This document shows, piece by piece, positions 49,831-63,125 of a stretch of 64,000 bases of DNA. The stretch lies in NCBI RefSeq assembly GCF_009914755.1, contig NC_060935.1; one strand, written 5' to 3'. Position 1 is the first letter of the stretch. Each line of letters begins with the position of its first letter. This DNA is from the human T2T-CHM13v2.0 reference genome, Homo sapiens. The notes below the pieces were generated by a model. The model was not told the DNA's origin. It did no database searches and saw only the letters and a program-made list of their open reading frames with translations. Made by a program: the position numbers and the translations under genes.

Positions 49831-50915
49831 ATCCTTTATTGTCCCATTACCAAGTCCAGGAATGAAGGGTGGCCACCTTTATAAAATAAGTTCAATGAAA
49901 GCAAAATCAAATATTGTATATGTTTGCACATGTATATATAAATATGAAGGAGTAAGAAAGCATTTAAGAAAATAAAAAATGACTTTCTCCTGCACCTAGT
50001 GTTCTCATCAGGCCCCAGGTTTGTCTTGAATTCTAACAGGTTGGTACCAGGATGGTTTAGGAGACAGACATATCCCAGAAACCCTTCCTGGTCTGCCAGG
50101 AGTCCTGCACTCACAGCACCCTTCCCTCCCAAATTACCCATCCTTTTTTGATTCAAATCCATCCCACATGGATGGGTGTTCTGTACTGGGTAGCAGGATG
50201 GTGTACCCCAGACTCCCCAGCATAGTTCATAATCAGTGCCCCTTTATGAGCTCTATGCCAACGCATAATCTGTGTTATATAAAACATAGTTATGAGCCCT
50301 CATTACGGCTGGGAGGCCATAGTTAAAATAAAAGTTACCCAGTTGCAGATGTGCAATGTCAGGCCACTAATGAACCAGTCTGGCAACCTAGTGGGTCCTA
50401 CCTGGTCCAAGGAAGGGCCTCTGCGCTGCTTCAACCCAGCCAGCATAAAGCCTTCAAGATAAGCACTGTTTGCTGGACCGCAGCTTTCTTGAAACTCCTC
50501 CCCATGATTCCTCCATCAGTGGAGGCTCCCTCCATCCCAGACTGGCAGTGAGCATCCAGGACATCTATAGCCATCCGTTCACCCAACCATCATCTTTGGG
50601 GCACCCATTCTGTGTGGCATTACAGAAGCCTCGATGAACAGTGTCAACTCTTGCTATGCCTTCATGGATCTTGCAGTCAACACCTTTAGGGGTTATAAGT
50701 GACAATTATGAATCAAATCACTGCCATTTTGGGATCTAGACTACCCATCTGATCCCGAATTGCACAGAGCCAGCTAGGCAGGTGACCAAGTAGCTAACAA
50801 CATGGCAGGTCAATTCTTGGGGAGCCTCGGATGAGGGAGGAAGGAACTGGGGAAACTGAATTGCTCAGTAGGAACACTGGGGTTGGAATCAGGAGCCAAA
50901 ATTGGTAAACCAGTA

Positions 50916-50977
50916 AACAGAGTAAGACTCAGTCTCAAAAAAAAAAAAAAAAAAAAGAAAGAAAGAAAAAAAGAAAG
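50916..50977 (+). mobile_element. Alu 3'-terminal stub with A/GAAA tail
   Basis: AACAGAGTAAGACTCAGTCTC followed by a poly(A) run and GAAA repeats. Confidence 0.8.
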
Positions 50978-50984
50978 TGAATGA

Positions 50985-51425
50985 AGTCTCCCTGCTTCCA
51001 GTTTTGTTATCTACAGTTCATTCTTCACTCAGCAGCCACAGTGATCTGTGAAATCATACTACATTTCTCTCTGTCTTAAAGCTTTTCAATGGTTCCCCAT
51101 TATTCTATGGCCTGTAAGGGTCTGGACAGTTTGTGTCCTCCCTCCTGCTTCTCAGGCCTTAGGTCTTAAGACTTACCATTCTTCCATCCTTCTCTACTCC
51201 ACTACTTCGACCACTGCTCGACTGCTTCAAGCACACTGACCTTCTTTCTATCCCTGGAAACATTGGCAAGCTTAGTCCTTCCTCAGGGTCTTCACACCAC
51301 TTTCTCCCCTGCTTCAGGGTCTTCACACCCACTTTCTCCCCTTGCCTGAAATGCTGCTCTCCCAAATTGTCACAAGGTTGGCTACTTCTTGTTATTTGGG
51401 TCTCAATTCCAATATCACCTCAGAG
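50985..51425 (+). mobile_element. L2 fragment containing a ~31-bp tandem duplication (51283-51345)
   Basis: CAGCAGCCACAGTGATC...CTTTTCAATGGTTCCCCATT; TCAGGGTCTTCACACC(C)ACTTTCTCCCCT twice. Confidence 0.75.
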
Positions 51426-52487
51426 TTGCAGTGGGGATGGGAATTTTGATTTTTTCATCGTAGAATCGGTTGTAGGATCCTTGGAAAGCCAGCACCATAC
51501 TGTGATGCCTGGGATATTTCTGGATTAGATCCTCATGGACCTAGGAAAACTTCATCCCACCAGCAATGCAATCAGAAATGGAATAGATGTCTGCTCTTAC
51601 AACAGGGATAGGAAGTGAAGAGATAGTTTGCCACCACAAATTTTGAGCTCTTAAAAAGATATTATTTCAACAGAGCAAATGGATTTTGTGTCTTTTCTTC
51701 TAGGCTTTTTCCATATAAATCAAGTGAAATCATTTTCCAAATGTTCATGTGCAAGGCATCATTCAGTTATTTGGGAAAATCTTACAGAGAACTTACTATA
51801 CATTAGTTCCAGCTAAGGCACTGGGGTAGAAAAGATGAACAAGACTTGGCCACTTTCTCCAAGTATATGCAGATCAGAAGGGAGGCAGGCATGGCCATTA
51901 TATCTGGAAACAGACCTCCTGAGTTCAAATCCTGGCTGGGTGTCTTTGGAAAATTTATTTAACAGCTATGTGTCTTATTAGCCTTCTCATTAGTAAAATG
52001 GGACTGACAAAAATAATGCTTCAGAGGGCCATTGGAAAGATTAAATGAATTAATATAAGAATAGAGCTAGCACAGTGTCTGGGACATTGTAAATGACAAA
52101 TAAGTGCCAACTAATAAGGTTGTTATAAGGTAAAGTGAAGTAGGCTTTCAAGGGAGATGTACAAGGTGCCATGGGGACAAGAAACTGCTAGACAAGGACA
52201 GGAAGTACATCTTGCAGGAGACGAAAGTTACCTATGGAGTGGCAGCATCATGTCAAGGCAAGAGTAGGGTCTTTGGAAGATAGGCCTTTTTTTCAATTCT
52301 AGCTATGTTGTTTATCACCGTTGTGACTTTGGGCAGGTTATTTAACATTCTCTGTGACACAGGTATTGTCTCATGAGAGCATTGTGAACATCAAATAAAA
52401 TGTCATGAGTGAAGTTTCTGGCACACGGTAGGTACTGGATAAAGGGCCCTGCTCACTAGCCCCATGAAGAATTACATTGTGAGTGGA

Positions 52488-53260
52488 TGCTGTGTTGCAT
52501 GGATCCCATCAGCCTTCTTGGGTTTTGCCCAACTGAAGAAAACTATCTCTTCCAGGGTTATGCCTCTTTTTAAGGGCAACCTGATTCCAATGTCTGATGA
52601 CCTGGGAGCATAAAGACCCAGACTCTCACTACCATTAGAGATGACTCTGAGTGACCATCCAGGCTCCAGAGCTCTCTATGGGGCCAAGTGAGGTCTTAAT
52701 TGGGACTGCATTACAGCTCAGTGTCTCCCTCTGCCCTTCATGTTTCCTTCATTTCTTGTCTTAGTAAGCTCAGGCTACCATAACAAAATATCACCAACTA
52801 GGTGGCTTAAACAACAGAAATTTATTTACTTACAGTTCTGGAGGCTAGAAGTCCAACATCAAGTTTGGTTGAAACCAACCAGCAGGGTTGGTTTCTGATG
52901 AGGGCTCTTTTCCTGGCTTGCAGATGGCTGCCTTCTTGCTGTATCCTCATGTTGCTTTTCCTCTATGTTCACGGGGAAAAGAGATTTCTGGTGTCTCTTC
53001 CTCTTCTTATAGGGACTCCAGTCTTATCAGATTATGGCTTCACTCTTATGACCCTATTTAACCTTAATTATCTCCTTGAAGGCCCTAACTCCAAATACAG
53101 TATCACTGGGGGCTAAGATTTCAGCATATGAATTTTGGGGGAACATAGTTCACTCCATAATAACTCCCTTTAACAGGAGTGGATCTTAAATGTACTCCTT
53201 AGTAATGCCTCCCACTGTCTGTCAGTTGAGTGTCTTCTGGGGAATCCAAGGTGCAGACAC
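52488..53260 (+). mobile_element. LTR16-type ERVL LTR interrupted by an MLT1A
   Basis: CCATCCAGGCTCCAGAGCTC...GACTGCATTACAGCTCAGTGTCTCCCTCTGCCC, resuming after 53161 and ending TTCTGGGGAATCCAAGGTGCAGACA. Confidence 0.7.
52757..53161 (-). mobile_element. MLT1A-like LTR
   Basis: TGTCTTAGT...GGTGGCTTAAACAACAGAAATTTATTT...CATATGAATTTTGGGGG...TCCATAATA. Confidence 0.9.
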
Positions 53261-54545
53261 ACTTCTAAATAATCTCAGTGTACATTGTGCCTGGAACATA
53301 GTAGTTACTCAATTCATCTTTATTGAATAAAATGATATTTGGACAAATATTTATTAATAATGGTCAGAGAAAATAAAAATCCAGCTATTCCATTATGGGT
53401 TTTTATTTCAGTATTCATGTACACAAACACCACAAACTGTAGCCCAGGGATCATAAGATCAAGCAGCCTTTATTTGCCACATAGGAAAGGGGGTCATCTG
53501 ACAGGTCTAGGTTCTAGTTAGGAAGGTCTAAAGGGAAGAATGGAGAAAGAAATTTCCCTTATTGACTGCCTTCTGTAAGCCAGTACTATGCTAGAAGCCT
53601 TGCTGGCACAGATTTTCATACATACAGCTCAACTGCTCTGTGAAGTAGAGATCTTTGCTAACTCCACCTGAAAGACAGAGAAACTGAGGTTTCCTGTTCA
53701 AGGTCACACAGCCAGCCAGTGGCACAGTTGAGAATCAATCCTTACACAGCATCCAAGGCCCTGGAAGGAAGATAAGAGTCCCCAGATCCACTCTCTTTCA
53801 TCAGAGGCATCACCTCCAGGTTGGCAGTGACAGGCCTGTCCTCCCTCAACCCCAGGGTGTGCCCAGGCCCCACCCCAGCTGCTGTTTCCCAGAAGCCTTT
53901 GCAAAGCTAAGGAACCAGATCTCTGGGGATAAGGCTGACACTGGAAGTTAATGACTATCAGTTGATACAAAACACTTGTTTACATGTTTCCATCATTAGA
54001 GGTTCCAGCCTCACCTCTCCTGGGCCTCCTGCCAGATGTTTGGAGGGGTTTTCGCAAGCTGTGCAGTTTACTAAATACTAAAGCACTCATATTAAGGCAT
54101 TTTAGTATTAGGCAGTACAATGTTGCAATGTTGATAAGGGGTAATTGAATTTCTTTATCTGGAGCAAAATGGACATAGACACTCTCAGAATTTGCTCAGC
54201 TGGGGAACACAGATGGTTGCTGAAGACATGAAGCTTCCCTTCTAGAGCCTCCATTGAGGAGAATAGTTTGATTTAATGGTCCTTTGAGCTTTGTATCTGG
54301 CTCCTGGTGGATGCTGAAGCAACACTTCCTGAGGAAACCAGGGGAGACTTCATAGGGAAAGTGACATTTACTCTTGGTGTTGAAGCATAAATGAGATTTT
54401 TCCAGGTAGAAAGAGAGGATGGGGAAGGGCATTCCAGAGGAGAAAACAGCAAGTGCAAAGGCACAGGAGTCTGGTAGTTCGAAGATAGAAAGCACCTCCT
54501 ATAACACCAAGCACACCTTTATGTCTGGCTGGTTTCTATCCAGAC

Positions 54546-54710
54546 TAGTGGCTCTCTACCCTATATGAACACTAGAATCATCTGAGGAGATTTAAAAAAA
54601 TTACCCAGCCTCTCTCCCCTGATTTAATTCAATTAGATAAGATTCTGAGTGTCAGTATGTTTGGAAAGCTCTCTGGATTAGTCTAATATACAGCCAAAGT
54701 TTGAACTGAT
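54546..54710. mobile_element. MER5-family (hAT-Charlie) element
   Basis: CACTAGAATCATCTGAGGAGATTTAAAAA...TCTAATATACAGCCAAAGTTTGAA. Confidence 0.65.
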
Positions 54711-55199
54711 CCTTACATCTCAGTGACTTTTCACCTTCTCAACTTTTAGACAAATGCATTGGGGAGAAACTTTGGTCAACTTTTCAAATTTGTTACCAAG
54801 TGTGACTGAAGTGCAAGATGGGGCTTCCTCAGTGCTCAGCCTTGAGGGCAAACGTTTCCCTTTGGGCTGGTGAGGCACGTGAGGCACCCTCTTTCCTGTC
54901 AAATCCTGTTAGGGGAAGAATAACTTCTAGGAAGAGCTCAACTTTGACCAGATCTTGACCACATTAATCACATAAGTAAGCAAATACCAATAGGACCCCA
55001 GTGCCTTTACCTGCAACTTTCCTTCTGCTGACTTTTCTGGATGAAGAAAAAAAATGGTAAATTATTCAAGATTGGGGAGAGCAGGTTTTGTAACTGTGAA
55101 TTGTAAGATGGCTGAATAAGAAACTATAGTAGCCTATACATGTTTTATCCCTATTTTTTTTTCTCCTTTGCAGAAGAAGATTTCAGTTTTCGTTTCTCC

Positions 55200-55500
55200 C
55201 AAGCAGGACTGCTCACTTTGACATTCCCTGGGTGTCTGTAGTACTAGGCAATAATTAAATATCAGGTGCATAAGTTGCTCTTTAATTTGACATGTGTGCT
55301 CCAGGCAATAACGGCACACAGTGCCATGTGGGAGTGTAATTGCTAAGGAATAAAATCTTGTAGCGAGTGAGATCATTGTATCAGGTATGATGTGACAGCT
55401 CATTTGATCATTATGCCCAGGCTAAAGAGTTTGCCTAATTAGTTTCCATTAAAACTCACCCTTTAATCAAGAGTTATTCTTGCATAAAGAATGTCACTCG
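55200..55500. promoter_or_regulatory. Candidate conserved non-coding element / enhancer
   Basis: Repeat-free; TAATTA at 55252-55257, CTAATTAG palindrome at 55435-55442, TGACAG at 55393-55398, CATTGT. Confidence 0.5.
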
Positions 55501-57194
55501 GTCCAGATGAATGAACAATGGTTTCCCCTTGAGATTGGACTCTCAGCTACACTGGGATGCCATATGTCTTTTCAAACAATCCACACCCGGCCCTCAGCTG
55601 GGATGCCCAAGCTGGAATGGTTGGTATAAGTGGAGAAGAGGAAAGATATTGGGAGGAAATAAATGAATGCTTCCAGCCCTTGTGGTTGGGGCTTGGGGTC
55701 TAAGGGAAGACTTCTGACAGGCACAGAGACATGGGATTCCAGAGAACTTCCGTATGCAGAGAGAATGAGGACATAAAGAGGAAGAGGTGACTTGGTTATA
55801 TGTAGGTTGTGGCAAAGCTCAGGCTGGGACCCAGTTCTGACTTGCAGCCCTAGGCTTGCTCTTTCCCATCAAATGCTGACTTCAACTCTCATGCTTCTTA
55901 GGACTGAGCACATAGAGCTTTATCTCCTGACCCGCTTTGAGTACTGGGCTTTGAGATGGCAAGAGTGAGAATGAATGCTGGGTACACTCAGCACTTAGTC
56001 TTGTTCCGTTTCTATCTCCTAGACTCTGAAGCCAACCTACTCTTCCTCTGAATCTCAGCTCTGCCTTTGAATAGCTGTGGGGTCTTGAGCAAGTCACTTG
56101 AGCATTCTAAGATTTTATTTCTTTACCTACAAGGTAGAAGTAATAATATCTACCTCCTGGATAAAAGGACTCTTCTCTGGGTACCTGGAATTCAGGGTAC
56201 CTCCTCTTAACTTGGGATTCCATTTTGAGGAAATGTGTGCCAACATTATGTGGCATGTCTAGTTATTTTGGTTTATAAAATGATGTTTTCCTGGGGCTTT
56301 CAACCAATTACTTAGGTAATCTGTATTGGGGAAAGAACCAAGGTCAAGGGTCTGTCTGGCCCCATGGGTTTAAGGAGAAAGGGGAACAGATGAATCCTAG
56401 TACGGAAAGCCCAAGACCACACAAGCCCAGTGGTTGGAGTTTCGCTTTCAAACTGTAGGGTGAAGTGGCAAGGGGAGAGGGTGGTCCCTTTAGGTTGTGT
56501 CCCCCAGCCCTGGGTTTAGGAGGGGGTAGGGTGAAGGTGTGAAAGCCTAAGGGCAGCAGAACAGACCCACTTTGTTTTAATCAACTCTTAATCCCAGCAG
56601 GGATTTCCTGCTGCTCTAGTGTTGGCCTGGCTGAGCTGTGAAAGGGCAGGCAACGGCTTGCCTGAGGCAGTCCCAAGGAAGGTGAGATCAGGATTTCAAA
56701 GATTCCCTCCTGCACATTGGCTGGCACCATCTCTCGCTGTCCTGGACCCCTTGAAGCTGCCCTACTCCCTGGCACATGCCAGTTCCAGGAACTGTTCCAG
56801 AGGGCTCACTTTTTTTGTTGTTGTTACTTCCTGGAACCCATATTTTCCCCTTGCTTTCACCATTTTTTCAGTGTTCATATTTTTTGGAGGAAGGAGAGAA
56901 AACTAGTCAACTATCTTGACATAAACCAAGATTTTATATATTTTTAATATTTGATATGATATCTAAAAACACATATGTCACATTTGTTAGATGGCACAGT
57001 TGTTAAAAACAAGCACTCTGAAATTAGACTATTTGAGTTTTTAATTTTACCTAATGAAATATAAATAAACTTTATGGGTATATAATATACATCAAATAAA
57101 ATTTACTCACTTTAAGAGTATAGCATGGTGACTTTTGGCAAATATATACACCCATGTAACTACCACCACAACCTATATAGAGAATATATATATA

Positions 57195-58865
57195 GAGAGA
57201 ATATATTGACAGGTTATAGTTGTGTGTATTTAAGGGGTAATGTTCTGACTTTTGAATACAATGTGGAACGACTGGCTCAAACTAATTAACGTATCAATCA
57301 CCTCAAATATTTAACACTTTATGTGGTTAGAGCATTTGAAATTTATTCTCTTGGTGGTATTAAAATGTACAGTACTCAATTATTAACAACACTATGCAAT
57401 TGATCTAAAAACAATCAAACCTATTCCTCCCATCCAACTGAGGCTTTGAATCATTTTATTATTATCTTCCCATTCTCCCCACCCTCAGCTTCTGGTAGCT
57501 ACCATTCTACTCTCTGCTTCTATGACTTCCAATTGTTTTAGATTCCACATGTAAGTGAGAAATTGTCGTATTTGCCTTTCTGTGTTTGGCTTATTTCACT
57601 TAACATAATGTTCTCCAATGCCATCCACATTGTCCCAAATGACAGAATTTCTTCCTTTTTTAAGTCTTTGTGTATATGTACTATATTTTCTTTATTCATT
57701 CAACCTCTGATGAATACTTAGGTTGATCTTGGCTATTGTGAATAATGCTGCAATTAACATGTGCATGCAGACATTTTTTGACATACCAATTTCAATATTT
57801 TTGGGTAAATACCCAGAAGTGGGATTGCTGGGTCATATAGTGATTCTATTTTTAGTTTTTTTAGAAACCTCTATACCTATTTAGAGAATATCTTAAAAAT
57901 TATATATTGACAGATTATAGTTGTATGTATTTAAGGTGTAATGTTATGACTTTTGAATACAGTGTGGACTGACTGACTCAAACTAATTAACATATCAATC
58001 ACCTCAAATATTTAACACTTTTTGTGGTTAGAGCATTTGAAATTCATTCTCTTGGTGATATTAAAATGTACAGTACTCAATTACTAACAACACTATGCAA
58101 TTGATCTAAAAAAAAAATCAAACTTAGTCCTTCCATCCAACCGAGGCTTTGAATCGTTTTATTATCATCTTCCCATTCTCCCCACCCTCAGCTTTTTTGA
58201 GAAAACTCTATACTGTTTTTCATAGTGGCTGTATTAATGTACAAGTTTTCTCTTTTGTCCACCTACTCCCCAACACTTGTTATCTTTTGTCTTTTGGATA
58301 ATAACCATTTTATTGGTTGTGAAGTGACATTTTATTGTGGTTTTAATTTGCATCTTAATGATTAATTATGTTAGCAGTTTTTCATTTGTCTGTTAGCCAT
58401 TTATATGTCTTCTTTTGAGAAATATCTCTTCAGGTCCTTTGCCCATTTCTTATTCAGATTATTTGTTTTCTTTCTATAGAGTTGTTTGAATTCCTTGTGT
58501 ATTTTAGATATTAATTCGTTATCAGATGTATGAGTTACAAATATTTTCTCCCAATGTGTAGGTTGTCTCTTTACTCTGTTGTTTCCTTTGCTGTGCTGAA
58601 GCTTTTTATCTTGATGTAATCTCATTTGTCTAATTTTGCTCTCATTGCTTGTGCTTTTGGGGTCAAATCTAAAAATCATTGCATAGATCAATGTCAGGTA
58701 GTTTCTCTCCTATGTTTTAGTGTAGTAGTTTTACAGTTTCTGCTCTTATATTTAAGCCTTTAATTCATTTTTAGTTGATTTCTGTATGTAGCGTGAGGTA
58801 CAGTTTCAATTTTATTCTTTTGCATGTGGATATCCAGTTGCTGATGACATGATCTTATATATAAA
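57195..58865 (-). mobile_element. L1MA (L1MA6-8-type) 3' portion with internal duplication and a short inverted 5' piece
   Basis: Reverse L1MA 3' UTR; ORF 58401-58691 resembles ORF2 C-terminal region ([13 protein letters not shown]...LISKIHKE...[15 protein letters not shown]). Confidence 0.9.
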
Positions 58866-58879
58866 GATCATGTGCCCTT

Positions 58880-59042
58880 CTGAGCACGGGGCCCAGTGAG
58901 ACTTCACAAATGCACAGGTGTCCTTTTGAGCATGGAGCCCACTGGTTTTACTCTCTGCTGTTGCCATCTTGAAATCTTAATACTTTTTGAACAAGTAGCT
59001 ACACATTTCCATTTTATACTGAGCCCACCAGATTATGTACCT
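58880..59042 (+). mobile_element. MER91A-like (hAT-Tip100)
   Basis: TGGTTTTACTCTCTGCTGTTGCCATCTTGAAATCTTAATACTTTTTGAACAAG...ATTATGTA. Confidence 0.7.
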
Positions 59043-59660
59043 AATGTTAATATCCTACATAACCATGGTGCATTTATCAAAACTAAGAAACTAACATTAG
59101 AACAGTACTATTAACTAGACTACAGACTTTATTTGGACTGAACCAGTTTTCCTACTAATGTCCTTTTTTCTTTTCCAGAATCCAATCCAGAATATCACGT
59201 TACATTTAGTTGTCATGTCTCCCTAGTTTCTACTCTGGGACATTTTCTTGGTCTTTCTTTGCCTTCTAGGACCCCGAAACTTTTAAATGTCCTGGCCAGT
59301 TGTTTTGTTCCTCAACTTGAGTTGATCTGATGTTTTCTCTTTATTAGACTGAGGTTATGAATTTTTTTAAAAGGATATCACAAAGGCAGAGTGCTCTCAA
59401 CTCAGCAGAGGTACATAATCTCAACATGATTTATCACTGGTGTGTGTAATCTTGATAACTTGGCAAGGGTTGTGTGTGCCAGGTTTCTTCATTAGGAAGT
59501 TACTACAGTTCCTTCCATGCTCCATTTGTTAGAATAGAGTCACTAAGTCCAGCTCACTCTTAGAAGGAGCGGAATTAAACCTCACCTCCTAGTGGGAGGA
59601 GTATCAAACAACTTGTGAACAAATGTTAATATCACCCCAACAATAAGTAAATATTTGTGT
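59043..59660 (-). mobile_element. L1MC4-type 3' region
   Basis: CATTTATCAAAACTAAGAAACTAACATT...ACTACAGACTTTATTTGGA...CATTTAGTTGTCATGTCTCC. Confidence 0.8.
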
Positions 59661-59671
59661 GGGAGCTTATG

Positions 59672-61360
<1,689 letters not shown>

Positions 61361-62569
61361 TCTCACTGGGGATTAGTCCCTTTTATTGGGCAGGTCTTTC
61401 TTCCTGGATTATGTGCCAGCTTCATTACATTTAGTTAATGCTTACTAAACATGCAAGAGATCCTGAACCTCTAATCTATGGGAGCTATATGTAACCATAA
61501 TAATATAAGTACTACAATGCCTCATTAATTTGAACTCGAAAAGATTCAGAATTGGAGTGAACTTGCACTATAATACAGCTGAATTTACATTTTGATTGTT
61601 TCTGAAGACTGACCAACCACATGAAAAAAGTGAAAGGAATCAAGAATAAGCATAAGAACCACCTTAAGATGATCCAATCCCATGATTTTTGAAATGCTAT
61701 TTTTTTCCACTTAAATATAATACTGGAAGCCACTTTAAATTATTGTTTGAAAGAGAAGGAGGAAAAATGGAATGAAATCAGTAAATTTATCAGACATGCT
61801 ATTTATTCATTAAAACAGGTTTTGAAAGGACTTAAACTAGGCAAGCCTTAGTTACCCTAGTCTGGGGTTCCTCTAAGTTTTGGAATAAATAATTGTGTAT
61901 TTATACTCACAGCTTCTGTAATTCCAATTGTGCCTGAAGTGAAGAACTGTGGCAATCCCTGATATTAAGGGGCAATTAATGAAATCTGGAAGGTGCAAGG
62001 CTCTGGACTTCCTACAGTGGCCTTTGCCTTCTTGAAGGTCTCATAAAGGTCTCATAATATTTTCCCAAGTCTGTTTTTGCCCTCACAGCTGAGGAAGCCC
62101 AGCCACCCCTTCAGGGGGGCAGTGGTGGGAGTGATTTTCACCCCGTTTATCTCTTCAATATCAGCAATTTCTGTGTTCCTAACAGCAATGGATGTCATGC
62201 TGGGTAATCCTCTTCCTGTTGTGAAAGGACCTGAGCAATTACCAGTGAAGTATTCAGGAAAGATCCAAGGGAAATGATAGCTAATGATGCCTTTTATCAG
62301 ACCCACCAATATTTGAGCAAACATGCTTTGGAGAAAATAGAGATTGTATTATCTTTATGGGTATACAATGAATGTTGTGTTATAGTATTTGAATGTGCAT
62401 ATGTGTGTGTGTGAATCTATATGTTTTAAAAGTCTTATCAGTATTCTTTTATTAAGAAATTCACTTTATTTTCAGGGCAACCTTTATCTTGTCAGAGAAT
62501 CAGAGAAGATTAGAAAAAAATTGGCTTTCTAACTTTTCGTATGTTACACCCCTTGCAGTACTACTATCC

Positions 62570-63125
62570 CTTCTCTTCAGAGCAATCAGAGTGGTCTTTT
62601 AAAAACATAAAACAGATTATATCATATCCTCCATTAAAAATCTCCCAATGACATCCCACTGTACTTACAATAAATGCCAAGCTGAGGCTCACCTTGGCCT
62701 TAACAGGGCCCTGAACGACCTGGCCCTGCCCACTTCCCGCCTTCCCTTTGGCCAGCCTCATCCATGCTCTGGTTCATTTGTTTCTTTCTGGTCTCTAAAC
62801 ATGCAGGGCCTGTTCTCATCTCAGAGCCCTGTTAGTCCCACCTGCTGGTCCCACTGCCTGCACATGCCCTCCTTTCTGAAGTAGAAACCACCCATGCAGT
62901 TACTCTGTTTCACTTTTCCTTGTTGGATTGTTTTCACAGCATTTGTCACTCTCTGAAATAGTCTTGTTTGTTCATTTGCTTAATGTCTGCCCTGACTCAG
63001 TGTAAGCTTCCTAAGGGGGAATCTTCTTGTTTTATTCACCACCACATTGCCAGCACCTGGAAGAGTAGCTGGACACTAACAGGTGCTCCATATATTTTTG
63101 AATGACTGAGTGAATTAGTGAATAT
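62570..63125 (+). mobile_element. L2 LINE 3' fragment
   Basis: CAGAGTGGTCTTTTAAAACATAAA...GTTTTATTCACC...CCAGCACCTGG...TGAATGACTGAGTGAA. Confidence 0.8.

Noticed and set aside
62103-62125. CTCF-like CCCCTTCAGGGGGGCAGTG
   Set aside because: Spacing does not fit the CCASYAGRKGGCRS core; several key positions mismatch.
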